Shown here piece after piece: positions 28,896 through 44,795 of a stretch of DNA of 64,000 nucleotides. The first letter of the stretch is position 1, and each line of letters opens with the position of its first letter. The stretch lies in the NCBI RefSeq assembly GCF_009914755.1, contig NC_060947.1; one strand, given 5' to 3'. The translations under genes and the position numbers were made by a program. This DNA is from the human T2T-CHM13v2.0 reference genome, Homo sapiens. The notes beneath the pieces were generated by a model, which was given only the letters and a program-made list of their open reading frames with translations, was not told where the DNA came from and made no database searches.

Positions 28896-31586
28896 CTGAA
28901 AAATGTAAAATATACAGATTTAAAAGGCTTATTTTAATAATGTGAAACCATCTGTTAAGCATTTTCAGAAATAAGTAGTAAATTTTGTTATGAGAGTAAA
29001 GCAACTGTCTTAACAAAGTGCCAAGTTTTATTCACATGCAGGGGAAAAAAAGAGTGACACTATAACCAGATTTTAATCCTTTCTTCATTTGTCAGCTGAA
29101 TAGATTCAGGCTTGCTTTTTGCTTTTGGATTGTTCCAGGGTTCTCCTAATACTTTCTACCTCTGGGATTATTTACCATAGCAGAGGTTTAGCTTGCTGTG
29201 ATCCCTTCTCCTCTAGGCTGGGAGGTCCTTGAAAACAGGAACATTTTATTTACCTTCTATCTCCAGCAGCTAGTAATAGTGTCTGGCACACAGCAGATAC
29301 TCAGGAAATGTTTGATGAATGATTAGATTGCTGTTTTTCTTGATGTGTTAATTTTGACAGAGGAAGTCTGAAGATATATTCAGCTTTGGAAGATTATTGT
29401 GAAAATATTCTTCCTTTTTACTGAAAGAAGCATATCTCCCCCCTACAATATGGAAGTTAATTTTCCTTTTGGTAGATCATGTATCTATGAGTCGATTGAT
29501 TCTTCTGTTTTTTCTTATGCTTCATCTTTTTGGAAGAGAAACCACGGATATTTCCCTATCAAATCTGTAGATTCTTCTCTGTCCTCTAAACATCATCAAA
29601 TGCTATGATCAGGATGGTGCATGACAGACAAACTGATCATTAAGTGTAAGTCAAGTATGTTAAGAAATGGAAGTCATATGTCAAAACAGGGAGCCTGATT
29701 CTCCACTCTAAAACTCAATCTTTTTGAACCTGAGTAGTGGAAGGTCTTAAGTAGTATGCTATTTTCTTCCCATTCTGGGACACCTCCTTTGCCATGGCTG
29801 GACTAGAAGCTCATTAGAATACCTTCCATTTCTATTTATGTTCCACATTCTCCAGAACCACTAGTAGGTTTTCAGGTAGCTCTGCAGGGTCATGGTGACT
29901 CTAACCAAAATAAGGTTGCCATTCATACTGAGAATGTAACTCACATTGAGGAGTTAGGTAGTTTCCTTACCAACCAAGGAACAAACTAGATGCCTAAACT
30001 AGCTGCTAATTATTGTCTTTGGAGGAGAAATAATGCCACATGAAAATCTATTCCTGGAAGAAATAACTACATTAAAAATAAGACAATTGTTTTTAAAAAA
30101 TACTTCCTCAGTTCTATGTTAGACATTGTAGGAGATAAGGCCCTGGAGAGGCCAAAAGCAACAGCAGTGTCTTCTATCCAGCCCAGTCCCCCAAACCACA
30201 GACCAAGCTAAAGAGAGCAATCCAGGGGGATACAAAATTAGCCAGAAACAATATAGCTAAAATGCATCACACAGCTTAAAACGAGGCAATCTGGGACAAA
30301 GGGGTCAAAGACCTTGAAGGTTACTTGTGAAGCAGATTCATTACTAAGGGAAAACATACGCAGGTAAGTTGTTCAAAAATGGGTAAAAAGATGCTAACTG
30401 TGGCAAAATGAGTCTGCTTCTAAAATAACAGTGCAGATGTAGACTGCGATGAACTCCAGGAAGACAGAAGAACCAATGGAGTCAATCCATTAATTTAACT
30501 TATATTCTTTGCTAGAGGGTGGCAGAGTTGACAGCTGTTGAAAAAAATGGGCCTATAAGGTGGACTCGCAATTATTAGCTTCAAAGTGAACTAACCCACA
30601 ATTGTATTCATGATGATCATTAATTTTTATGTGTGCATGAAAGATGGCCCTGCTTTAAGCTGTGTAGAGTTGTTTCCAAGCTGACAAGCTTGGAAGCCTT
30701 GTTCATTAATTACTCTAAATTCCTATGGATGGATAAAAGACCTCCAGAGGTCTGAGTTGTTAAAGGCCCCCACTGAAGGAAATACAGACTATACATAAAG
30801 GAGTCATTCTGAGTTCAAGGGGCCCTCCCACGGCGTATCAATTCCTCCCAAATATTTTTGGGGGTAAATGAAACATTATAAAGTGAATTTAATCATTTTT
30901 GGAAACATTAATTATAAAGCATTTTATATCATTAGGCAAGCATCCCCCTGAATGGCTATGAAATATTTTACCTCTGAAAGTTGAAACATTTAGCTTGAAT
31001 AAAACTTGACATTAAAAAAGTTATGATTAGACTGGTTCATTGATATATATTTGGAGATCAGACATTTACAAGGACATAAGTGTATACAGTACCTGCAAAC
31101 ACACAGACACAGCACATGAAGGTACAAACACATTTAGTTATTTTCACATAATTCCCAAGAGAACATGCAATGCTAAATTGGCTTGATATTATACAGATGC
31201 AATTTTGGAATATTTACTTTTAGTTTTCCAAATGATCTTTATAAATCAAAGTTATATTTCCTGATCAATATTAACAAACACTTTCACATGGTGGCCTTGC
31301 CATGACAACTTGCCCCTTACAAATTAAATATGCTGTATCAACATTTGGCTCTGAAAAATGTTTAACATTTTATTTGGGGGGCTTATCATATTTTAATGTT
31401 TAATATTTTAAATGCATATTTCCCCATATTCCAAGTAATGCATCTTTATATTTTTGCAAAGAATATTGTAAAGTTCACCACACCAACAGCAGAGAAAATT
31501 TAGAGAGTGATATTTTCATTTTTTCTTTATAATGCTGTTAATCCGATTTTTTAAAGCCAGCCCATTTGTTTAACACTAGGTACCTG

Positions 31587-31736
<150 letters not shown>

Positions 31737-32368
31737 CTACCTGGTGATTATATATTTAAAAAAAGGTAAAAGAAAAAAATCATTTCCTATAGACTACTCC
31801 TCTGGCCAAAAGTACAAATGATTACACTATATAGTAAATGTATAACATTCAAATGAATACATTCAAAGGCCTAAGAAAGTCTCCAACTCGAATTGTTTTT
31901 GTGGTAGAAGTAAACAGACAACAGTAGTATGTAGTAAACTTGGGTTTTTGGAATGGCACTGGTAAGTAATATGGTAAGATGAGTCAATATGGTTTGATTA
32001 GTAAACCTTACCATCCTTTTGGTGAACACCTCTGAGAGTTGTGCCGGTGCCGTATTATCAAACAAAGAGAAATTTGTGCAAAACATTCCTGTCCTGGTGA
32101 ACAGACTAGCTCTAACACGCCATGGCCACTGCATACCGTGGATCAATGAAGACTACAGACCCGTAGTCCAAGCTTTTAAAAATTACTTCCTCTCCAGTGT
32201 GACAATTTGGAAGGTGAACACATGATTAAAAGAAAATGACAAAATACTCTAAGCATCAATAGAAGATATAAAATGAGTCATGAGAAGTAATTTTTCATAA
32301 AGAATTAGAAAATGGTGTCAGGCAAATGAGAATGCAAGCAAGTTGGTACATTAAGAAAGGAAATCACC

Positions 32369-32458
32369 TTATTCACTCCAAGAGAAACTGTGATTGCTGG
32401 AAGTTTGAGAAAGCATGAAGATAGCAGATGTTCCTGAGGAAGGGAGGCGTTTCGTTAC
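32369..32458 (-). CDS. ATP11C: ATP11C alternative C-terminus VTKRLPSSGTSAIFMLSQTSSNHSFSWSE* (cassette exon 32368-32458)
   Basis: Long AG-free pyrimidine-rich tract ending in an AAG acceptor, 29 codons to TAA, AAG/GTGATT donor. End of ORF 32369..32674. Peptide matches a recalled annotated isoform. Confidence 0.75.
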   Translation of the reverse strand, partial: VTKRLPSSGTSAIFMLSQTSSNHSFSWSE

Positions 32459-35400
32459 CTTGTTCACAATTGCACAAAAGGTGGAAAATTGCAGTAGAAA
32501 AAAGAGAAATGCAGAAACCAAAAAAAAAAAAAAAGTAAATAATCTCTCAAATGTAAGACATTTAAAAAGAAAACTTGAGAATTCGAAGCCGAAATGATAT
32601 GTTAGTTTTGAAGACATTATTTTCTGAAGTAAAAGCAGAGTCAGAGATAGGAATAGTCTATTATTACGTGCCAACTACTATTTCTCTACATATCAATTTG
32701 AAATTATTTTGTTAATGGGAAAATTGACTATTTTAAATAAAATAGCTTTAAAATATGCTTCTCGTTAAAATAAGACTTATCTCTAATCATTAATTCACTA
32801 TCCTACATTTGTTCAAAATCCATTGGTCAAAGAGTTATGTCCAGGGTCCATTGCCAATCACCAATCTATCTTGAAGTAATTATCTCCCCTATGCAACTGT
32901 ACAGATACACTATGAAGGGACTGACTGCTCTTAAGCAGTTGCAGGATAAAAACTTAATCAAAAATAACAATGGGAAAACATTTGGTGATACCACATTTCA
33001 GTCCCATTTGCCTCTGACCAATGCTTAACTTCCTTTCTTACAACCTAATTTGATTGGTTTCCCTGTTTTTCCTACAGAGTCCTCTTTAGAAAGATAGGCT
33101 AAATTTTACCTGGGTAAGGTATTATTTTTTTTCCCCTTAAAACACCCAGAAAAGTGAAAATGGATAAAGTTTAACTGGCAAACCTAAGGTTATTTTTTTC
33201 CTTCTGATTCTGTGCCTGAAATTATAAGGTAATTTACAGACTCAGTTTTGGCATTGCCCAAGCAAAACAGAAGATGAGTGGTCAACAATGTGGATGACTT
33301 GAACAACTCTGCTAATAAAGATTACCCATATTGTCTACTTAGTGACCTAAAATGGGCTTAGAAAAAGAAACCAGCTAAAGTAACATTTGTTTCCAGAAGA
33401 TTCTAATAAACAATTAAACTTTCAAAGGTAAATAATTTATTCATGTTTTGACAACTACATTTTTTCTTGTTTTTACCTTAAATGAAGAAAGTTGGTGGAA
33501 TGAAGAAAGTTGATAGACATATTGATAGAATGCAAATTACCAATTGATAAAGCTAGAGAATATTTAGATTCTGAGAAAAAGATTTTAATTGTTTCTATCT
33601 TCTATTTTATGGGCAAAAACCCTGCGACAAGATCAGCATGATACCAAGTTCCCCACCCCCGTGTTTAATGCACAAACCTATCTATTCAAGACTGCAACTG
33701 TAAGCACGTTTTGGTGTGCTCAAACACTTGTATCCAACCATCGGAGATAAAAGTATTTCTATGAAGCAGAAATATTAGGAGTTAATAGATTAGGTGTTAA
33801 AACTACTTTATAAAGGAAATGAAAGTACAGAAAGCAGGAGAAAGCATGGAAAGAGTAACTAAAGCAATAAAAAAATTGATATAGCTAGCAACCGGCAGTG
33901 GGGTGGGGTAAACAGGAGATAATGAGCTAAAACAGAATGAAATTTCCACATTCCTTTGCAGTCATCTAGAGAGCTTTGACACCAGCTCAATTAGCAGTAT
34001 GTCAAAGAGGCCAATGGATAAAGGCCCATCTCAACAGCCACGACATTAGGATTAAACTTTATTTTTGTCTAATCCAGCTAACAGGGCTATTGCCCTGTGA
34101 ACCCATGGTTGTATATGACACTGTAAGAATCATAATAGTAATCATCATTATTATAATGATTAACTATATTCTCCAAAATTTCCAAAATGCTTTCTCTGGG
34201 ACTTTGGCTCAGACAGTTGACATTCTTCCCTTCCCTGTCTACCACTCTTTGAAAGAGTTCTCTACATAATGGAATATTTCTTCCTGTTTGTGCTGACATC
34301 CCATGCTAAGCACGGCCATGTTGCTGGGTGCATTCCCATTAAATTATAGTCTTCCTTTGTCAAGCTTCAGCGAAGTTAAGCCTCCTTTTTGATTGTGGTG
34401 ACTTACATGAGAAAACTTCACACAGGATATGTGGAAATTTCTCCATTGGAAATGTGAAATGGTATTTGCTACTTGGCCAGAAACTCCAGATATATTTCAT
34501 TGATTTACAGACAGCCAATGACTGTGCTTAGGGGGGACACAACTTTTTGAAATACAAAAATCCTATACTTGACCTTTCCTTGAGGTGTTATCCTGCTGTT
34601 TCACTGTTCAGTGCTCAATGGTAGTTTCATCATATACCCTCAACAGCATTGCTATGCAGCTTTGTCACTTCATAAAGCTAAAGAAAAGCTCTAGGATCCT
34701 TAATAACGGAACTTTGGGGAAAAAAATTAACCTCATTGCTAAAAATACAGCTGATGGATACATGGCTTAACTACAACCCTTGAGTTAAACAACTGAGAGA
34801 ACCTACATTTGAAGATACTGGAATTCTTTCTAATACTAGCATTATGACAGAACTCAGTTGCAGTGGAGGCTGCCATACTAGCGATTTTACTGGAGGTTTC
34901 AGGAGGTAGTGACTTGAAATAGCTCAATTGTGTTAAAACAAGCCACATCACTGATTCTGCTATTCTGTTTAATACCTGCTTACAGAAGTATTCCATATGA
35001 ATGCTCCTTATAACCAGAGTGAGAGCTGCTTGTGAGCTAGGGCCACATCTGATTCATCCCTGAATTACCAACACCTAGTACAGTAGCTAACTCATAGTGG
35101 GCCCTCAGGCAAGGTATGCTGAATTGAACAGAATTCAGCATAAGGTTGCTCTTATAATTGTTAAATATAAATAGCTTAGCTTCTTTCTCAAATGCCATAG
35201 AGACATTTTCACTACACACTGCTAAGTCCCCTTCTCAAAGCAGCTGCCAAGACCCACATAAGAACAGCACTGGCAGCTGACCTGCCACATTTCTGGCTGT
35301 GTACATAAAGTGTCCACGATACTTATTGGTTGAAGTCAGGGATTCTTCTACTCTAGGTAGAGACACACATTTGACCACATCGGGGGATCTATCAGGATAT

Positions 35401-37701
35401 GGGGCAGACCCAGTATCTTTTGCCTCTCTTTAAAATGAGGCCAATGTCTTAGCAAGGAATACAGAACAAAGTAGGAAATCACACAGAGTGTCAGACTGTT
35501 GGTCACTGAGCATAAAGACTAAAATATTTGGGGGAAAATAACATACTCTTTCTCCCTTATCTTAGAAGTTGGCCTCCACCTCTTTGATATAGCCAAATAG
35601 GGCCTTATATAAACAGATGTGATTTATCAGAATAGCCATGGCTGCCATGTTGCAGTAGGCCTCTATGCATTCATATTGCACTACTTTGCTCTTGCATTTT
35701 CTCATAAGAAAAAAAAAAAAGAGGCAGCACTGCTGAGTGCCCACAACATTTTGCCTCATTTGCGACTCCTGAAATCCCAGAGTCTGAAAAACCATCTAGC
35801 CTTTCAGACATTGGATGTAAAGAGAGATGTTCATCAGTAGGTGGTTCAACAAATGTTTATTGGTTCAACAAGGGTAGGAATAAATGAATGAATGATTGCA
35901 TGAATGAAAATGATTATGGAAATTTTCCTGGTTGTTCTAGCATATCAGCATGCCAAGCCATAGCACAGACACTAGAATTCTTCCTACGCTGGACATAACC
36001 CATAACAAATTTCATGCTAAACCCCTGGCAACAGTCTATGCTGCTAAGTAAAAAAGGACGCAGTCCCAGAACTCCGTACTTTCAACAGAAGTTCAGAATC
36101 TGTTCGTGTGAAAAAAAAAAATGTTCTAAGTCTTTATCTGTGACTGCTTAGTAGCATCCCACAATTTAATGGTCTATGTAACAGTCACCTCCAGCCAATG
36201 TCTAACTTTTTTGAGAGGGCCTAATAAGGAAGAAGATAAGATGACATGTTTGAAAGTTTTGTTTTCTGAGATTTTTCTATCATCTTTAGACCATGTAGCT
36301 GGGTGTGAGTCATTATTTAAAATGAGCTCCATTACCTCAAATAAGAGACACATTTAGGATCATTCCAAAGTATACTCCCAAATAAGGATGGAAGAGCAAC
36401 TTGGAAATCTTTCCCTGGAAAATTCTCTATTATAAAAAGCCCCAAATCATTTCTTATTGCAACATTATTTTATTTGGTTTCATGCAAATTGCCACTTGAG
36501 ACATTCTGGGTGGAGTCTGTTGTATCAAACTGTTTTATCCCTGTTCAACCGATATTAAGACATAATCAGGTATTTGAATGCAACTTTTCCATCCTAAAAC
36601 ACCAGACTAGAGTAAAGCAGTTGTAACTAAGCTAACATTACTGTGTTCAGTTTCAGCCCATAAGACATGTAGAAAGCAGGGAGTTAAGGGCAATTCTGGC
36701 CACCTAATTACACACTGACTGGCCTTGTATATGAAGAATCAATGTACCCTATGACAGTTCTCTTGTTTTTGATTGGGGCTGACACTGACTTGCGACATGA
36801 ATCTCCTCTTTTACAATTCTAATCACTGAAGGTTTTCCTACTCTAATCATTTCAGATCCCCATGTCTATGTAATATCAACTACTGGATTCTATCAATTCA
36901 ACAGGCAAAAACAAAATCATGATGTAACAGTTTTGTGGCTAAACTGGTTGACAAATTTATCAAATAAGTCAGGTAGTCATAGCTTAGAATATTACCTGAA
37001 AATACTGCCTTGGAGGTGCTACAAGATCTAGTTGGTGTCAATATGACAGAAACAGTTTTGTTTAATAAAATCAGCTACTGTTGGCAGGAATATGACATAT
37101 TTAATTAGCCTGTTGGTCAAAATCTGCCAAAAGTTTTATTTTCCATGCTCATCTCCCTATTTCGCTTTAAAGGCTTTTTAAAAAATGTTTAAAAGATATC
37201 ATAATGAGGCAGCAGAAAAAATAACTTCTCATTCCCACAGGAAATTTACAATTTAATAGGAAAAATAAAAACACACTCATAAAACTATCTTGAATTTTTA
37301 CGAGTGTGTTCCAGAGGCTAAGGATGTCAAAACCACATCCAGGGAATTCTCTTTGGTTCAAATATACTGCTGGACAGACAGGGCTAGAAGCAACGCAGAG
37401 ATTAAGCAGCACTATAATTAAAGGAAGGGGAAAGGTTTGAAAGAGGCAAATTGGTATTATCAACTGAAAAAAATCTGCAAACAGCCCACAGGGAAATTTC
37501 TAAGTTTAAAGCGAAAATGTTGGTGTGGAAATTCCTGGTGTGAAAATTCTAGGCTAAATACAAAATAAAATAATTTTTTCCTTTTAAAATTCCATATGGA
37601 GCATATGAGATACTCCATATGGATTGCCGAAGGTCACATAGAACACTATTAAGGAATCTACTTACCACCTGCATTGGATAACGAAGTTTTTACTATACTT
37701 T

Positions 37702-37731
37702 TTATGCAGAAGAGGAAATTAAGTGATGAAC
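37702..37731 (-). CDS. ATP11C: ATP11C alternative C-terminus VHHLISSSA* (cassette exon about 37666-37731)
   Basis: ccttacAG acceptor at 37733-37732, phase-0 frame to TAA, strong GTG/GTAAGT donor after 37666. Peptide matches a recalled annotated isoform. Confidence 0.8.
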   Translation of the reverse strand, partial: VHHLISSSA

Positions 37732-37793
37732 CTGTAAGGAGGGGTTTAACATGCTGTAACTAATGTAATTTTCTAAATCAGGTTTTTAGCTCA

Positions 37794-38105
<312 letters not shown>

Positions 38106-40924
38106 TTACATACATTAATAAAAATAATTTTCTCTAGAATATCCCAAAGTAATAAACAAATTTCATTTACCAAATGTTTGGAAAAAAAGGAATGATAATC
38201 AAAGGAGAAAAAAGATAAAATGCATTTGACTTGAAGACAATCAGGCAATCAATTCTAAAGCTGCCAACTGGCGACTATTTATGTGCATTAGAAAATGCTG
38301 GTGCTTAAAAGATATTCAAGAGAAATGGTTCATTTTTATCCTAACAAGCATTTTATTTCCTCAGCTGTTTTATTAAGATGGGGATGGATTTGTGTTCTGT
38401 ATTCAGAAATTCAAAAGACATTTTTATAACTCTCTCCCAATAAAAACACTATGTAAATATAAAAAGGACAGTAGAAGCTTATCATCTCTCTCAAATGGAA
38501 GGAATCTACCATTGTCATCCACAAATATATATTAACAGTATGTGCCAAATAGGTTGACACAGAGTAGAATATTGCTAATTGGACATTAAGCCTTAGAATC
38601 CAGAAATCCAGCAGGAACCCCCATTCTGGAGTTAGATTTCATTCTGAGTCATCCACTTCATTGTAAAGTGGCCATTGAGAAGCACAGCCTGTTTCCCTTC
38701 CCTTCTGTCTGAGCTGAACCACAGAGAGCCTCAGTAGGTGAAGCTATTGTTCTTTGAAGGTGAGGGGGAAGAAGTGGTTGCTTAAAGACAGGATGCACAT
38801 CAGACTGCCCTAGGATTAAAGAGCTCCAGGTAGATAACCATGGCTCCTGTTTATTAGATGACACATCATGCTTCCTGAAGATAATTTGGTTTCTCATTTA
38901 AAAATTAATGTCTATGCACCCTTATGTAACATGATAAAACTGAGTTTGTGGCTCTACTTTTATGAAAATTAGATTGTGGAATAAAAGTGAGAACAGGAAG
39001 GTAGAAAAATTTATGAGGCCTAGGCTACACAGGCTTTCTGGGAAAAGTCTGCCACATGGAAAAGACTTCTGCAGAACTCTACCTCACTCAAATTCTGAAG
39101 AACACCTTGAATAATGTTCTAGGCAGTTAACTGAGCCATAACAGGGGCCCAGATGACAAATGGCAGCTAGTCACAGAGTGTTCCTTGGCATCATACCTTC
39201 TGACTAATGCATCCAGTTGTTTTTTGTTTTTTTTTTTTAACCTCCATGTCATCTATGGAGTTTTGTAGTAGGGCAGTAAAAAATAAACACTATTATTTCT
39301 GGATGTGGTTTGGGGCTCGGAAGTCATCATTCTCACTACCCAACCCCAAAGACGGGTGTGACTCAATGCCTCAGGGTAAAACATGTCTAGAGACATCAGT
39401 TGTGACCACATTCAGCTGAAGTTTCACATTGTTTCTAGTCACATTTTACTGGTTGCTTTATAAGTTTATATTCATGCAGTGGCTCAACTCTACTTAATGA
39501 TAATACTTCAGGCAATAAAATAAAAAATAGATTAACATTTCATTTTTAGTAGCACTAATGAATAAACAGGTGTGACAATACCATAATCATTTACTGGATT
39601 TATTTTCATCAATAAGGAATAGTCTGTAGAAAGGGTTGGAAATGAGTTCGCTGGAAACATTTTATTTTTGTAGAAATTTTGCATAATTAGTTCAGATGCT
39701 GATTACATAGATTCATAGAATTATGGTACTCTGGGCAGACATACAATTGTATATGGTATGTTCTTAATCAACTTTGAATTATTTGTTATATTATTAAAGA
39801 AAATAGAGACTTCTTCCAGCTTCATTGCTCTCAATTACCTATAGAGGTACCAAATATATGCTGTAATTATACTTTTTAAAGCTGGTACTTCCTTAAATGA
39901 TTAGGTTTCTCATATTTTTATTTCTTAAGGTTTTTATTTTTAAAAAGCTTTTCAAAATAGAGTTTCTTCTAATTAAGACTCAAGGGACATAAACATAAGC
40001 CTCACATCTCTGTGATAAAATAGAATCATTTTGTATGTAAGATTTTGCTCAAAGCAATGAAAATATGTACTCCTGAAATCTTACACTATGGCTTGCTCTA
40101 GCCATGCTCTCTGCTGCTGGCATCCTTGTCAGGGGAAGCCATTCACTAAAAAAAACAACTCTGACATTTAAAAATAAAATATATGTTTTTGGGAGTAAAG
40201 AAAGGAGATGCAAATATATAACTCTCCCAATCACAGCTTATGTGTCCCTCACTGGACTCTATTCTCCTTGAGTACAGTCTAGTCATCTCTCTAACCCATA
40301 GAGTCTCAAGCACAAAACTGATTCTGAACAAACATCTATCTACTGAACCAAGATGAACTAAATGAACTTTAAAGACAAGCTGCAGAGTCTGCCTTTCTAC
40401 ATCTTCCCTCCTCCACCAAAACAGTAAGATGACAATTTCAAAATACAACCCTCTGAATTATTAAGTTGTATATATCCTATACCCTGAGCACACCTGTAGT
40501 AACATGAATCATGGTTATATACTATCAAGAGAAAATAAGGGTCCAAATGGACAATAATGTATCTGTTGGTCAATATATCAGGTAGAAACTTCACAGGATG
40601 AGTATTTCCTCTGAAAATCACGAGAGGTTGTGCTGAAAACTATAGTTTCACTAGAGAGATGTTTACAACACCTTCAAACAGACAGAAGCTACCAAAGGGA
40701 GGTCTTCTGAGTGACTTGTGCAGTCTATATACGTGTATTTAAAATCTTACCTGAAATTAGTAGCACTACCAGCTAACAAATAACCTTCAGGCCATTAATA
40801 TTAAAGACGTGTCATCTTATATAATTAAAATTTTTAAAGTATAATGAATGCTTACATATATAGTGTACATACACATGTATCTACTTTGCTATTTACATAT
40901 TGCTCACACATGTACAATTGCTTA

Positions 40925-41263
<339 letters not shown>

Positions 41264-42755
41264 CTAAGTAGCTAGTAGGTGTAGGGCTGCAGATATCTCA
41301 GTACTGGGGAATGGGCAAGGAATGAAGTAATGGTAATATCTAGGAGGCCCAAGCCCCAAGTCCTCAGGCAATGGCAGCCAGGAAGATGATGGCAAAAGGA
41401 GACCTAGCTGGTGGGGGCAGATAAGCTGAAAAGAAGTAGGAGAGGGAAGGGGTAGCTAGGAAGGGTAGACAAACTACAAAACTTTCAAAGGTGTCGTGAA
41501 AGCTCAAACACAACAGACGGGAGTCACTAAATGCAAAGGCTCTATACATCTAACATCATGTAGCAATGAATCATGGGTTTGACTATGTAGTGTATCTTTC
41601 CAATTGCAAAACCTGTATCTAGTCCATTAAATTAATAAAATATTCAGTTAGATTTTAATCTCTTCATGTTTCTGCCAGGACCAATCATGTTTTCAGATTG
41701 TGGTATCTGGGGTTTTCAAATGTGATCTAAAAACAAAAGTATGGACTATTTCGCTTGCTTAAAACTTCTGGGTCACATGAGCTAATATCCAGAGCAGTTA
41801 ATTTTTATAGAGGAGATGGTGTCTCAGTTTTGTTACTTGCTGTGACACCATGGTCATCAGCTCTCTGTTATAGTTTCTCATTTATAAACAGGATGTTGAT
41901 AACATTATTAATGTAGCTCAGTCTTGAATTGCTATTCTTCTGGTTGCTAAGGAAAATACTAATATGAATCCAAAGATAATACTAATATTAATCCAAAGAG
42001 GAGGGAGTGGAAGTCTTTGAGATACACTTGAAAAACACTGTGAAGGCCATTTGGAAGCCCTGTGGCTATATGCAAGGCCAGGGGAAAAAAGGAGGGGGGA
42101 GGCGTCCATTTCAAATTGTGATACTGTGAGACATAATAAAAACCGAAAACTAGCATATATTGAAATGAGCACCCTCCTAAGTGCTTTATTCACTAATTGA
42201 GTCCTCAAAAAGGGTAGGTGCTACTTCTATCTCGATTTTATAGAAGAGGAAAGTGAGGCACAGAGAGGTAAAGTTACTTGCCGAAGGACACACAGCTAGT
42301 AAGTGGCTATACTGAGATGAATTGTAATGTCCTTTTAAGGTCCTAAAATGTTACTGAAATAGATGAATAAAGCAAACATATGTTAGCTCTATCTGGTATA
42401 AGAAATAAACCAGGAACAAAAATTTAGAGGGAAAGGTAAGAGAGATCCTTTGACAATTATACTTCTGAATTCTGCTTCTAACCCCTGGGCATGCCAGAAT
42501 TCATTTAAAGGTATTTACTCATGGAACCCATGTGAGGTGTTTATTATTGGAATGACAAAAATAATTTGATTATGCTTTCAACTATAAGAGATTCCCAAAT
42601 CATGGGCCTCAAGGGTAGCATTCAGTGAGGCTTCACAGCATTATCACATGGCTGCATGTCAATGCCAATGATTTTGCCAAAATTACCTCCCTTTTGTTTA
42701 CCTGCATTATATTCTTAGGCACTTTATCACTAACATGGGTAAATTTTAATGATGA

Positions 42756-42959
<204 letters not shown>

Positions 42960-43095
42960 TGATGAAAACATTTTATAAGATTTCACTACTACCAAGCTCT
43001 TTTTCACATATTATCTTGCTCATATATACCTATTTTAGGCCTGGGGTTCTTAAACAGAAGTATAATTTTTAGAAGATTCAAGTACTTAACATAAT

Positions 43096-43146
43096 CACAC
43101 ACACACACACACTCTCTCTCTCTCTCTCGCTCTCTCTCTCACTCTC
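43096..43146. repeat. Compound (CA)n(CT)n microsatellite
   Basis: Direct reading. Confidence 0.92.
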
Positions 43147-43352
43147 ACCCACAGCCTGTTTATATGCCACTTATCATAACGCCTTAAAAACAGCAATAAA
43201 GAAGAAACAGATTTTCGACATAAGTATGGTGTTTGAATTTTTTTAAGTAAAACAATATAAAGAGGATTACGATATACTGGGGAAAAAACTGATCAAAAAA
43301 TAGTATACAAATACCCAAATCCCTAGTATCATACACATTTTAGTAAGTATTA

Positions 43353-43562
<210 letters not shown>

Positions 43563-44307
43563 TTACATGTACCATGTATATACAAGTATTATCTTAGTAT
43601 TTTTTCATTTAAAAAAAAAGCCAAGTTGAATCCTGTGTGTAAGTGCCAAATATTTTTGTATGAATTGTTTAGGGAAACAGCTAGTCAGTAAGATCAGGCC
43701 ACAATGCCAGATTTTCCTGTGATCCAATTTTCACAAAAAGGTACACCACACCTGTGGCTGGTAGGGTTTATTTCTATTACTCCATGCAGCACTGAAGAGG
43801 GAACTCACTGTTGTGATAAAGGCCAAAGAAGGCAACTACTCTACTAACAGCAATGTTCATCAAAACAAGTCATTTGGATGATTCATGTCTCTAAAGAATT
43901 TGATATGGGATTTTCCTATAATATAGAACTAAACCTCTCAAATGAGCAGTAATTTATAGACAAATGGATTCACATTTTTTAAATGAGTCTGATTTTTTTG
44001 GCTGTAAATACAAGAGCTATCAGCATGTGCACATCAAAAAAAAAAGCAGATACCATGTATAAATCCAAATGATGGCAATGAATGGCACATATGCTTACCA
44101 AATGCTGTCAAGATCTGAATGCGTAACATTAAAACAGAAAATGAGATGTAAAAGGTTTTTTCAAAAAAATAAAAACAAAAATTAAGGTTAATAGAAGCAA
44201 AAAAAAGGATTCACTCAAATCATACATGAGTGTTATGTTTTGTTGCTAAAAGTAATTCATACACTTACTGTAATTTCAGCAAACATTTAGAGGGATGGTG
44301 ACATATA

Positions 44308-44795
44308 CAGTAAAACCTTATTAATTTGGACTTTATGAACTCAAAATGGGTAATGAATTAAACAGACGCTGAATTGATGCTCTCATGCACCACCTGGAAA
44401 GTTTGCTGAGCAAATGAATCACATCGACTATAGGAGAGTATCTGCCTACTTTGGAGCAAACTCCTTTTAAGCAGTAGCCAGCTACATAAAATCTGTCTGC
44501 CAAATAAAACTAACATAAAAAGTGAAAGCTGCACAATCAGTTATAAATCTGAAGAGGCCAGGAAATCATAAAATCAAATCCATTCTTCTTACTGATGGGC
44601 AAAACTGACCTGGGAAACTGATGTGATTTTCCCAAGTACTCACAGGATTTAGCAGGACATTCTCTTTGGCAAGTTCTACATGTGACTACTTTAAAGCAGA
44701 TCTGTGTTTCCCCAACAAGTACTTTATGATTAATAATTTTCATGGATTCATACTAAACTGATTTTTGTTAGTCCAAATTAGAGAGGTTTTGACTG
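44308..44795 (+). mobile_element. Tigger15a-like Tc1/mariner element with a MIR-like piece inside
   Basis: Imperfect TIRs CAGTAAAACCTTATTAATTTGGACT / AGTCCAAATTAGAGAGGTTTTGACTG, TA on both sides. Confidence 0.75.

Noticed and set aside
31369-31374. AATAAA about 210 nt after the isoform-a donor as an intronic poly(A) site
   Set aside because: A single hexamer in very AT-rich sequence; expected by chance.
33481-33512. Short direct duplications (also near 49021 and 57137)
   Set aside because: Ordinary 10-14 bp slippage duplications; no array or spacer structure, so not CRISPR-like.
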